A stretch of DNA of 64,000 nucleotides from Myxococcota bacterium (GTDB lineage Bacteria > Myxococcota_A > UBA9160 > UBA6930). This document shows positions 46,331-55,338 of this stretch, in pieces. The DNA is taken from assembly GCA_028285625.1 (NCBI GenBank), contig JANQOX010000025.1, positions 654,461-718,460 on the forward strand. The letters are read 5' to 3'. Position 1 is the stretch's first letter; every line of letters starts with the position of its first letter. The translations under genes were made by a program, and so were the position numbers. The notes under the pieces are model-generated. The model ran no database searches and was not told the origin of the DNA. It saw nothing but the letters and a program-made list of their open reading frames with translations.

Positions 46331-46735
46331 TCAGCCCTGATCCATGCCCACGGGCGGCCGGAACTCCACCAGGCGCACGGTGCGAAGTTCCACGAGCCAG
46401 GGCAGCTCGCCGGGGAGACGCGTGAAGATCTCGAAGGCGAGCTCGTTGGTCCCCGGGAGCAGCTCGTGCAGGCGGCCGTGCGCTCCGTTGCGGCCGATCT
46501 CGAAGCGACGGGTCACGTCGGCACCGTTCAACATCGCCCGGAACGTCGGTGCCGCGGCGCGCTCGGGCGCGAACGCCACCAGCACCTCGACACCGCCGAG
46601 TCCCACCCGGGCCGCCTCGACGGGGTGCTGCACCTCGAGGCCCGTCCGATCGAGCCAGATCCAAGCCGCCGACGCCCCGGCGATCCCAACGACGGTGAGA
46701 ATGCCCCCGAGCGCTCTCCACGACTTTGCCTTCAT
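46331..46735 (-). CDS. Membrane-anchored hypothetical protein
   Basis: The internal ATG gives MKAKSWRALGGILTVVGIAGASAAWIW (TM anchor). No known motif. Confidence 0.5.
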   Translation of the reverse strand: MKAKSWRALGGILTVVGIAGASAAWIWLDRTGLEVQHPVEAARVGLGGVEVLVAFAPERAAAPTFRAMLNGADVTRRFEIGRNGAHGRLHELLPGTNELAFEIFTRLPGELPWLVELRTVRLVEFRPPVGMDQG

Positions 46736-47048
46736 GGGGCCAGGATACGCGAGCGCGCCGGCTGCCGTTTGCCCCGGGCCCACCCCGCCGGAACCCAGCG
46801 CGCGGCTCAGGGGTCCAACTGCCGGCGGAGATGCCGCCCGAAGCCCCCGGACCCGCGCCCCCTGGCCCTCGACGGCGACGCCGGGCGCGCCCACGCCATG
46901 CGACTACCCCCATAACCCACTGGAATTGCGGGAAAACCACGTGATCGGCCCCGCTTCGCCCGCTATGTTTCCGGCCGCCCCCGTCCGACCGGCCCCGGCC
47001 GGTCCTCGTCCTGGGCTCACGTCCCCTCGGCGACGGGCGATAGGCGGA

Positions 47049-47095
47049 AGGGCATGAACCGGAACGCATCCCAGGCTGGTAGGGCATGAACCGGA
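47049..47095 (+). repeat. Perfect 15-nt direct repeat AGGGCATGAACCGGA x2 bracketing an 11-codon uORF that ends on the gspC start
   Basis: The copies are at 47049-47063 and 47081-47095. ATG 47054 opens MNRNASQAGRA and its TGA (47087-47089) overlaps the gspC ATG (47086-47088). Confidence 0.85.
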
Positions 47096-47994
47096 CAGCG
47101 ATCGTCGCGCTGAACGCAGTGCTCGTGATCGGGAGCTGCATGCTCGCCGGGCGCATGATCGCGCTCGTCGCGGGAGAGGTGTTACTCGGCGCGCCGGCTG
47201 CGGCTGCTGCCCCGCCTTCCCCTAGGGGCCAGGAGCCCGAGCGCGGGACCTCCTGGGACGACCGGCAGGTCATCCTCTCGCGCAATCTCTTCAACGTCTC
47301 GACCCTCGCGCCCGCCGCACCGGTCCCCGAGGTGGACGAGAGCGAGGAATACGAGGAGACCCGGCTGCCGCTGCGGCTTCTCGGCACGGCCGCGTCTCCC
47401 GACCCCGACCACGCCCGCGCGGCGGTCGAGGACCAGCAGGCCCGGGTCCACCGGGTGGTGTCGGTCGGCGGCGAGTTGCTCGGGGCGGAGGTGGTCCGGA
47501 TCGAGCGCCGGCGCATCGTGCTGCGCAACAAGGGCCGCCTCGAGGAGCTGTCGCTGGACGAGGCCCAGACGGCCACCGCGCGACCCACGGCCACGCGCCG
47601 CAGCCGCAGCAGCCAGGCCCGGCGGCCCCCGCGGCCCAGCCAGGCCCGTGCCGACGTGCGCCAGCTGGGGGACAACCGCTTCTCACTCGACCGGGGCGAC
47701 GTCGAGGCAGCGGCCACGAATCCCGCCGCCCTCTTCTCTCAGGCCCGCATCCTGCCGAAGTATGAGGATGGGCAGATGAAGGGCGTCCAGCTCAATGCGA
47801 TCAAGACCGGGAGCCTGTTCGAGCAGATCGGGATCCAGGATGGCGACGTGATCACCGAGGTGAACGGAATCCAGGTGAACGGGCAGCAGGAGAGCGCCGA
47901 GGTGCTGCGCGAGCTCACCCAGGCGACGGAGTTCGACGTCACGGTGACGGGCGCCGACGGCAATCCGCGCGAGCTCCACTACCAGATCCGTTGA
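47086..47994 (+). CDS. gspC: Type II secretion system protein C (PDZ-containing)
   Basis: 302 aa with an N-terminal TM helix. The C-terminal PDZ-like segment is GVQLNAIKTGSLFEQIGIQDGDVITEVNG. Confidence 0.8.
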   Translation: MNRTAIVALNAVLVIGSCMLAGRMIALVAGEVLLGAPAAAAAPPSPRGQEPERGTSWDDRQVILSRNLFNVSTLAPAAPVPEVDESEEYEETRLPLRLLGTAASPDPDHARAAVEDQQARVHRVVSVGGELLGAEVVRIERRRIVLRNKGRLEELSLDEAQTATARPTATRRSRSSQARRPPRPSQARADVRQLGDNRFSLDRGDVEAAATNPAALFSQARILPKYEDGQMKGVQLNAIKTGSLFEQIGIQDGDVITEVNGIQVNGQQESAEVLRELTQATEFDVTVTGADGNPRELHYQIR

Positions 47995-48029
47995 GCACCG
48001 GCGCGGCCGAAGGGCGGACACAGGAAGGG

Positions 48030-50666
48030 ATGTTGGCGTTGGGAACGAGATCGAGCCGGGGCAGGACCCGCGCAGCCGGGTGGCTGTGGGCGCTGGGCAT
48101 CCTCGCGTGGACCCTGCTCCCGATACCCCAGCCCGCCGCGGGCCAGGACGCGACCGACGTCGTCGTCGAGGACGGCGGCGTCCAGCTCGACTTCAACGAC
48201 GTGGAGCTGGCCGTGGTGATCGACACCATCGCCCGGCTCACCGGTCGCAACTTCATCTACGACGACCGCGTACGCGGCCGCGTCACGATCGTCTCGCCCA
48301 CCCGCATCCCGCTCGACGAGGCCTATGCCGTGTTCGAGTCGGTCCTGCAGGTGAAGGGCTTCACCACGGTGCGCGCTCCGGGCGGCGCGATCAAGGTGAT
48401 CCCGATCCGAGAGGCGAAGGAGAGCAACGTCGAGACCGTGGAGGGGCGGCGCGCGATTCCGAAGAGCGACCGCTTCATCACGCGCTTGATTCCGCTCCAG
48501 TACATCGATGCCGAGGCCATCACCAACACGCTGAAGCCGCTGGTCTCGAAGGACGCCTCCATGGTGTCCTACCCGCCCACGAACACGGTGATCCTCACCG
48601 ACTCGGCGACGAACATCTCGCGCATCGTGAAGATCCTGCGCTCGATCGACGTGGAGACCTACAAGGAGGAGCTCACGGTCCTCCAGGTCCGGCACGCGGA
48701 TGCCTCGAGCCTGGCCGAGCAGCTGTCGGAGATCTTCGGCGCCGAAACGGCGGCGACGCAGCCGGTGGGTCGCACGCGCCCCCGGCGCACGCCGACCGGC
48801 CAGAACCAGCAGGCCGAAACGGCGGCCAAGGGCCGCGTCCGACTGCTCACCGACGACCGCACCAACTCGTTGATCGTGCTGGCCTCGCGCCAGCGCCTGG
48901 TCGAGATCCGCGAGGTGGTCCGCCGCCTCGACGTCCCCGTCACCGGGGGCGGCCGCATCCACGTCTACTACCTGAAGCATGCCGACGCGGAGGAGCTGGC
49001 CACCACCATCCAGGCGCTGATCAGCGGTCAGCCCAGCGCGCCCACCGCCGGCGTTCGCGGGCCGGGCAACGCCGTGCAGGCCCAGGCGCTGCGCGCCGCG
49101 ATCACCGAGCTCTCCGAAGGGGTCACGGTCACCGCCGACGCACCCACGAACTCGCTGGTGATCCAGGCCAGCAAGGAGGGCTACTCGACCCTCTCCGGCG
49201 TGATCGCACAGCTCGACATCCCGCGACCCCAGGTGCTGGTGGAGGCGCTCATCATGGAGGTCGACATCAGCAACAACCGCGAGCTGGGCTTCAACGGCAT
49301 CGCGCGCATCTTCAACGGCAACAGCAGCTACACGATCGGCTCGCTCACCGACTCGCGCACGCGCAGCGCACTCACCCAGTCCGCCTTCGGCGTCGAGCGA
49401 CCGCCGACGCCGGAGGAGCCCGAGAACGGCAACGGCGGCGGGAGCATCGTCGAGAGCCTCGTTGCCGACGCCGTGAGCGGCATCGCCGACAACGCCCTCG
49501 GCGGCGCGGTCGCCGGGTTCTCGCGCAACCTGCTCGAACTCTCGGACACGGACGGCGACGGCATCGGCGACACCATCGTCGGCGGCAGCCTGATCCAGGG
49601 GATCATCCGGGCCACCAGCAACCAGGCGGGTACGAACATCCTGTCCGCGCCCTACATCCTGACTTCGGACAACGAAGAGGCCGAGATCAAGGTCGGCGCG
49701 AACATCCCGATCGTGACCAGCCGCGTGCAGTCGGCGGCAGGCGTCGAGAACGCCAACAACCTCGCCACCAGCCAGAACATCGAGCGCCAGGACATCGGCA
49801 TCACCCTGCGCGTCACGCCCCAGATCAGCGAAGGCGACATGCTTCGGCTGAAGATCTTCCAGGAGATCACGGACATCAACGCCGCGCTGTCGGCCGTGAC
49901 CGGCGACCCGCAGGAAGTCGGCGTGTCGCTCTCGAACCGCACGGTCGAGAACACCGTGGTCGTCTCGGACGACGAGACCGTCGTGATCGGCGGCCTCATC
50001 AGCGACGACTACGAAGACAGCGTGACCAAGACGCCGTGGCTGGGCGACATCCCGGTGCTCGGCTGGGCCTTCAAGAGCACCGGCCGATCGCTCACCAAGA
50101 CGAACCTGTTGATCTTCCTCACACCGCACATCGCGCGCACCTCGGCCGACCTCGAGTACCAGACCATCCGCAAGCGCGAGGAGTTCCGCGAGCGCTCCGC
50201 CGAGGCCCTCGACCTGAGCAAGAAGGAGAAGGAGGAGCAGGACGAGGCGCGCGAGAAGGCCGAAGCAGCCGGCATCGAGTTCGACGAGACGGCGGGACGC
50301 AACCCCGTGCGCACGCGCATGCTCGGCCACGCCAAGAAGTACCCGATCGAGCGGATGCTGGAGATCGAGCAGGGCATCACCGCCGAGAAGGAGGCCATCG
50401 CGGCCTCTGCGGAGGAGCCCGAGCCGCGCTACGGCGTGCTGGCCGGCACCTTCACCGACGAGGAGAAGGCGGCCGCCGTCCTCGGCGAGCTCATCGATGC
50501 GGGATACGACGGAACGCTGGCCTCGAGCGGCCGCGACGGCGGCGTGCTGTACGAGGTCCGCATCGGTCCGTTCACCGACCTCGACGAGGCCGAGTCCGCC
50601 GTGTCGGTCCTGCGGCAGGGCTTCGACCTGCGGCCCTCTCTCACCCTCGAGACGCCGGACCCGTGA
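48030..50666 (+). CDS. gspD: Type II secretion system secretin GspD with C-terminal SPOR-like domain
   Basis: N0-N3 repeats are followed by the secretin core (VVIGGLISDD...TPWLGDIPVLGWAFK). A charged linker and a SPOR-like tail follow. ATG 48030 has AGGAAGGG upstream. The alternative TTG at 47991 overlaps the gspC stop. Confidence 0.9.
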   Translation: MLALGTRSSRGRTRAAGWLWALGILAWTLLPIPQPAAGQDATDVVVEDGGVQLDFNDVELAVVIDTIARLTGRNFIYDDRVRGRVTIVSPTRIPLDEAYAVFESVLQVKGFTTVRAPGGAIKVIPIREAKESNVETVEGRRAIPKSDRFITRLIPLQYIDAEAITNTLKPLVSKDASMVSYPPTNTVILTDSATNISRIVKILRSIDVETYKEELTVLQVRHADASSLAEQLSEIFGAETAATQPVGRTRPRRTPTGQNQQAETAAKGRVRLLTDDRTNSLIVLASRQRLVEIREVVRRLDVPVTGGGRIHVYYLKHADAEELATTIQALISGQPSAPTAGVRGPGNAVQAQALRAAITELSEGVTVTADAPTNSLVIQASKEGYSTLSGVIAQLDIPRPQVLVEALIMEVDISNNRELGFNGIARIFNGNSSYTIGSLTDSRTRSALTQSAFGVERPPTPEEPENGNGGGSIVESLVADAVSGIADNALGGAVAGFSRNLLELSDTDGDGIGDTIVGGSLIQGIIRATSNQAGTNILSAPYILTSDNEEAEIKVGANIPIVTSRVQSAAGVENANNLATSQNIERQDIGITLRVTPQISEGDMLRLKIFQEITDINAALSAVTGDPQEVGVSLSNRTVENTVVVSDDETVVIGGLISDDYEDSVTKTPWLGDIPVLGWAFKSTGRSLTKTNLLIFLTPHIARTSADLEYQTIRKREEFRERSAEALDLSKKEKEEQDEAREKAEAAGIEFDETAGRNPVRTRMLGHAKKYPIERMLEIEQGITAEKEAIAASAEEPEPRYGVLAGTFTDEEKAAAVLGELIDAGYDGTLASSGRDGGVLYEVRIGPFTDLDEAESAVSVLRQGFDLRPSLTLETPDP

Positions 50667-52396
50667 GCGCCGAACCGATCGAGTTGCGCGACCTCGCCGA
50701 AGGTCTGATCTCGAGCACACGGATCACGCCCGAGCAGCTCGCCGAGGCCGAGTCCCGGCGCCGCGAGAGCGGCGCCAAGCTCGCCGACGAGGTCGTCTCG
50801 TTGGGCTTCCTCACCGAGGAAGAAGTCCTCGAGGTCGAAGCCCGCCAGCTGGGGCTGCCCCTGGTCTCGCAGGTCGCGCCCGAATCGGTCGACCCCGAGC
50901 TGGTGGAGCGCATGCCCATCGGCTTTGCGAAGAGCGCCGGACTGCTGCCGATCGAGCGTCGCGAGACGGGCGCCATCCGCGTGGCGGTGTCCGATCCGTA
51001 CGACACCGGGGCCCTCGACGACCTGCGGCTGCTGTTCGATGGCGCCGAGATCGAAACGGTGCTCGCCAGCGGCCGCAAGATCCTCGCGGCCATCAACCAG
51101 GTCTACGACCGCGGCGGCAGCTCGCTCGACGACATCGTCCTCGACGCCAACACCGACTTCGAGTCGCTGGCTCACGAGATCAGCGCCGAGCCCCAGGACC
51201 TGCTCGATGCCGAGGACGACGCGCCGATCATCCGCCTGGTGGACTCGCTGCTCCAGCAGGCCGTCAAGGAGCGGGCCAGCGACATCCACGTGGAGCCCTT
51301 CGAGGGGCACATCCGCGTGCGCTTCCGCGTGGACGACATCCTGTACGAGCCCGTGAACCCCCTGCCCCGCGGCCTGTACCCGAGCGTTTCGTCCCGCATC
51401 AAGATCCTCGGCGGCGTGAACATCGCCGAGAAACGGCTGCCCCAGGATGGCCGCATCCCCCTCAAGATCGCGGGTCGCGACTACGACGTGCGGCTCTCGA
51501 CGGTCCCGGTCGCCCACGGCGAGCGGCTGGTCTTGCGGCTGTTGCCGCGGACCACCGAGATGCTCGACCTCAAGCGCCTCGGCTACAACGAGAGCCAGCT
51601 CGACGTGTGGGAGAAGCTCATCTCCCGGCCCCACGGCATCATCCTGGTCTCGGGGCCGACCGGTAGCGGCAAGACCACCACGCTCTACGGGTCGCTCTCG
51701 CGCATCAACCGCACCGACCGCAACGTGATCACGATCGACGATCCGGTGGAGATCCAGCTGCCCGGCGTGGGGCAGATCGAGGTCAACCCCAAGATCGGGC
51801 TCACCTTCGCGGGCGCGCTGCGATCCGTCCTGCGCCAGGATCCGAACGTGATCCTCGTGGGCGAGATCCGCGACGTGGAAACCGCCGAGATCGCCATCCA
51901 GGCCTCGCTGACCGGCCACCTGGTGTTCTCCACCATCCACACCAACGACGCTCCGAGCGCGCTCACGCGGCTGGTCGACATGGGGGTCGAGTCGTACCTG
52001 GTGGGATCGAGCCTGGTCGCGGTACTCGCCCAACGGCTGGTGCGCGTGCTCTGCGACAACTGCCGCGAGGCCTACGAGCCCACCGCCGAGGCCTGGACCG
52101 AGATCGGCGTCGCGCCCCGGCCGGGCATGCGCGCCCATCGCGCCGTCGGCTGCGGGCGCTGCCACGACTCGGGCTACCGCGGCCGCGTGGGCATCTTCGA
52201 GCTGATGGTGGTGGACGACCCCATCCGCGAGCTGCTCTCCCAGAACGTGGACGCCAAGCGGATCAAGCGCCTGGCCGTCGCGCAGGGCATGCAGCCCTTG
52301 CGGGGCGATGGCGCTCGCAAGGTGATCGAGGGCGTCACCTCCATCGAAGAAGTGCTCCGCGCCACCGAAGACGAAGGCGTGGTGGCCGAGGTCTAG
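50663..52396 (+). CDS. gspE: Type II secretion ATPase GspE
   Basis: GTGA overlap with the gspD stop. It has a T2SSE_N domain, Walker A GPTGSGKTTT, Walker B ILVGEIRD and a tetracysteine CDNC...CGRC. The track ORF 48080-52396 is a frame carry-over from gspD. Confidence 0.95.
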   Translation: MSAEPIELRDLAEGLISSTRITPEQLAEAESRRRESGAKLADEVVSLGFLTEEEVLEVEARQLGLPLVSQVAPESVDPELVERMPIGFAKSAGLLPIERRETGAIRVAVSDPYDTGALDDLRLLFDGAEIETVLASGRKILAAINQVYDRGGSSLDDIVLDANTDFESLAHEISAEPQDLLDAEDDAPIIRLVDSLLQQAVKERASDIHVEPFEGHIRVRFRVDDILYEPVNPLPRGLYPSVSSRIKILGGVNIAEKRLPQDGRIPLKIAGRDYDVRLSTVPVAHGERLVLRLLPRTTEMLDLKRLGYNESQLDVWEKLISRPHGIILVSGPTGSGKTTTLYGSLSRINRTDRNVITIDDPVEIQLPGVGQIEVNPKIGLTFAGALRSVLRQDPNVILVGEIRDVETAEIAIQASLTGHLVFSTIHTNDAPSALTRLVDMGVESYLVGSSLVAVLAQRLVRVLCDNCREAYEPTAEAWTEIGVAPRPGMRAHRAVGCGRCHDSGYRGRVGIFELMVVDDPIRELLSQNVDAKRIKRLAVAQGMQPLRGDGARKVIEGVTSIEEVLRATEDEGVVAEV

Positions 52397-52403
52397 CGTC
52401 GCG

Positions 52404-53627
52404 ATGCCGGTCTACGCCTACAAGGGGATCGACGCCGGCGGCAAGAATGCGCGCGGCTTCGTCGATGCCGACAGCGATCGCAGCGCGCGAAGCCGCCTGC
52501 GTCGCGACGGGATCTTCCTCACCGATCTCTCGGAGAGCGCGGCCTCGGACGCGGCGAACGAGGGCAGCCCGCGCTTCTCGATGCCGAGCCTGCGGCGCAT
52601 CGGCGCCACCGATCTGGCGCTCGCGACGCGTCAGCTCGCGACCCTGGTGGGGGCCGGCATCCCGCTGGTCGAGGCGTTGTCGGCGCTGGCCGAACAGGTA
52701 GAGAACTCGCGGCTCAAGGGCGTCATCGGCCGCGTGCGCGACCGGGTGAACGAGGGCGCATCCCTCGCGGACGCCATGGCCGCGAGCGGAACCTTCAGCG
52801 AACTCTACGTGGGCCTGATCCGGGCGGGCGAGGCCGGCGGCGCCCTGGAGCACGTCTGCGAGCGTCTGGCGGACTACCTGGAGAGCCAGGTCCGCACGCG
52901 CAGCCGGGTGATCTCGATCCTGGTCTATCCCGCGGTCATGTTCTTCGTGGCCATGGGCGTGGTGACCGTACTCGTGACGGTCGTGATCCCGCAGATCACG
53001 AGCCTGCTCGAGAGCCTGAACCAGCCGCTGCCCTGGTACACGGTGATGATGATCGGGCTGTCGAACGCCCTGCGTTCCTGGTGGTGGCTGATCCTCATCG
53101 GGTTCGGCGCAATCGCCATCGGCTTCCGGGCACTGCTGCGGACCGACGCCGGGCGGCGGCGCTTCGACGGGTTCAAGCTGCGCGTACCGATCTTCGGAAA
53201 GCTCACGCGCCAGCTGGCGATCGCGCGCTTCACGCGCACCTTCTCGACGATGCTGTCGGGCGGCATCCCCATCGTGCGCGCCCTCGAGATCTCCAAGCAC
53301 GTCGCGAACAACCAGGTGATCGCCGACGCCCTGGATCAGGCCAAGGACGCCATCACCGAGGGGGCATCGATCTCGGCGCCGCTTCGCGCCAGCGGCCAGT
53401 TTCCGCCGCTCGTGACCCACATGATCGACGTGGGCGAGCGCAGTGGCGAGCTGGAGGCCATGCTCGCCAAGGTCTCCGACACCTACGACGAACAGGTCGA
53501 GAACACCGTCACCCGCGTCACGGCGCTGCTCGAGCCGCTGTTGATCCTGTTGATGGTCTTCATCGTCCTGCTCATCATGCTCTCGACGCTCGTCCCCCTG
53601 CTCGAGCTCACGAGCGCCATCCAATGA
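52404..53627 (+). CDS. gspF: Type II secretion inner-membrane platform protein GspF
   Basis: 407 aa with duplicated GspF repeats (LATLVGAGIPLVEAL / FSTMLSGGIPIVRAL). Confidence 0.95.
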   Translation: MPVYAYKGIDAGGKNARGFVDADSDRSARSRLRRDGIFLTDLSESAASDAANEGSPRFSMPSLRRIGATDLALATRQLATLVGAGIPLVEALSALAEQVENSRLKGVIGRVRDRVNEGASLADAMAASGTFSELYVGLIRAGEAGGALEHVCERLADYLESQVRTRSRVISILVYPAVMFFVAMGVVTVLVTVVIPQITSLLESLNQPLPWYTVMMIGLSNALRSWWWLILIGFGAIAIGFRALLRTDAGRRRFDGFKLRVPIFGKLTRQLAIARFTRTFSTMLSGGIPIVRALEISKHVANNQVIADALDQAKDAITEGASISAPLRASGQFPPLVTHMIDVGERSGELEAMLAKVSDTYDEQVENTVTRVTALLEPLLILLMVFIVLLIMLSTLVPLLELTSAIQ

Positions 53628-53638
53628 GGAGGATCGCC

Positions 53639-54112
53639 ATGCCCCGACCCCGACGACCCAGGGCCCACCGTCGCCAACGCGGCTTCACGCTCATCGAGAT
53701 CATGGCCGTGGTGCTGATCATGGGCCTGCTGGCCGGCATCGTCGGCTACAACATCATCGGCTCGATGGACCGCGGTCGCGTCACCAGCACCCGCGTGCAG
53801 ATCTCGGCGCTCGAGCAGGCGCTCCAGCAGTACTACGCCGACAACGGGCGCTTCCCCACGACCGAGCAGGGGCTCGACGCCCTGGTGCAGGCACCCTCGA
53901 TTGCGCCCGAGCCGCGCCACTACCAGGCCGGTGGCTACCTCGGCCGCAAGGTCGTGCCGGTCGACTCGTGGGGCAACGCGTTCCAGTACGAGGCGCCGGG
54001 TCAGATGAACCCCGAGGCCTTCGACGTCTGGTCCCTGGGCGCGGACGGCGAGCCCGGCGGCGACGGCACCAACGGCGATCTCGGCAACTGGGTCGAGACC
54101 CAGCAGGGCTAG
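53639..54112 (+). CDS. gspG: Major pseudopilin GspG
   Basis: GAGGAGG lies 6 nt upstream of ATG 53639. An alternative ATG at 53624 forms an ATGA overlap with gspF. The prepilin motif is RG|FTLIEIMAVV, and DSWGNAFQY is present. Confidence 0.9.
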   Translation: MPRPRRPRAHRRQRGFTLIEIMAVVLIMGLLAGIVGYNIIGSMDRGRVTSTRVQISALEQALQQYYADNGRFPTTEQGLDALVQAPSIAPEPRHYQAGGYLGRKVVPVDSWGNAFQYEAPGQMNPEAFDVWSLGADGEPGGDGTNGDLGNWVETQQG

Positions 54113-54116
54113 CGCG

Positions 54117-54734
54117 CTGGACCGACTCCGGCCGACCAGCGCTCGGCGCGCTCAGCGCACGGGCGGGGGCTTCACGCTCATCGAGGTGATGGCCACGGTG
54201 GCGATCTTCGCGCTGCTCGCGGCGGTCGCGCTGCCCAACCTGCGGATCGCGCGCGACCGGGCCACGCGCGAAGAAGCCCGCCGGCTGGCGGCCGACCTGG
54301 AACTGCTCCGCAGCCGGGCCCTGGCCACCGGAGTGCCCCACCGCATCGTGTTCGATCTCGACGCCTCGCGCTGGCAGCTCGAGTCCTGGCGCAGCCCGAC
54401 CCCGCCGCCCGGGGTCGACCCTCCGGCGCCGCCCGAGGTCTTCCTGCCCGAGCCGGATGACCCGCTCTACCTCTCCCCGCCCCGGGGCCTCGAAGCCGAC
54501 TTCCGGATCCTGCCCGGCAGCCGTGCCTCGCTTCTGCCCGAGGAGGTCCGGCTCGCGCACGTCGTGAGCGACGGAACCGAGCTTCGCCAGGGAGAGGTGT
54601 CGCTGCGCTTCGAACGCGACGGCAGCGCCGAGCCGGTGGTGATCCAGTTGGTGGACGAGTCCGGCAGCGCCTTCGAAGTCGCCGTGGAACCGTTCTCGGA
54701 CCTGATCCGGGTCGAACGTGCGCAGGCCGACTGA
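54117..54734 (+). CDS. gspH: Minor pseudopilin GspH-like (non-canonical start inferred)
   Basis: The track ORF starts at GTG 54186, inside the conserved GG|FTLIEVMATV. The prepilin leader is only encoded if translation starts upstream, and CTG 54117 is the only NTG codon (5 nt after the gspG stop). Confidence 0.6.
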   Translation: MDRLRPTSARRAQRTGGGFTLIEVMATVAIFALLAAVALPNLRIARDRATREEARRLAADLELLRSRALATGVPHRIVFDLDASRWQLESWRSPTPPPGVDPPAPPEVFLPEPDDPLYLSPPRGLEADFRILPGSRASLLPEEVRLAHVVSDGTELRQGEVSLRFERDGSAEPVVIQLVDESGSAFEVAVEPFSDLIRVERAQAD

Positions 54735-55338
54735 AGTGCCGCGCGCCTCCCTGCCCGCTCGCGCAGGGCGAGCCTTCACCCTGCTCGAGGTGATGGCCGC
54801 GCTGGCGGTATTCGCCCTGCTCTACGTGGTGATCTTTCGCGCCGCCACCGGCGGGATCTTTCTCGAGGGCGAAGCGCGGCGGCGACTCGAAGCCTCCCTG
54901 CTCGCCGACCGCGAGATCATCGCGATCGAGGCGGAAGGGCTCACCGGAACACCGCCTGCTCCGGGAAGCCGCGAGCGCGAGGAAGGCCTCTTTCGGGTGG
55001 CCGTCGCCATCACGCCGGTGGAGGCGGCGAGCCTCGGCATCGAACTCGCCGCGAGCGAGAGTGCGGAAGGCAACGACCTGCGGACCCGGCGCTCTCGCGG
55101 ACCCGGCTCGACGAGCCTCTTCGACGCCGCCGCCGGCGACACGACCCCGCTGGTGCAGGTCGTCGTGCGGGTCGGCTGGATCGAACCACGCGGCGCGCGC
55201 GAGGTGGTGCGCACGGCGTACGCGTACTCGGCAGAGGCCGCCGCGCCGCTCCTGGCCGACCTGGCGCCGGCTACGGGCTTCGATCCCGACGCGAACGGCG
55301 AAGGGCGCGACGACCCGCCCGAGGAGCCCGACGCGTGA
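54718..55338 (+). CDS. gspI: Minor pseudopilin GspI-like
   Basis: GTG start overlapping the gspH 3' end. The leader is ...ARAGRA|FTLLEVMAAL. Assignment as I (rather than another minor pseudopilin) is by gene order. Confidence 0.7.
   Translation: MRRPTEVPRASLPARAGRAFTLLEVMAALAVFALLYVVIFRAATGGIFLEGEARRRLEASLLADREIIAIEAEGLTGTPPAPGSREREEGLFRVAVAITPVEAASLGIELAASESAEGNDLRTRRSRGPGSTSLFDAAAGDTTPLVQVVVRVGWIEPRGAREVVRTAYAYSAEAAAPLLADLAPATGFDPDANGEGRDDPPEEPDA

Noticed and set aside
48080-50662. The first 861 codons of the 1438-aa + ORF (48080-52396), which would suggest a giant GspD-E fusion.
   Set aside because: This portion is a shifted frame across gspD that happens to stay open. The GspE sequence only begins at GTG 50663, which overlaps the gspD stop.
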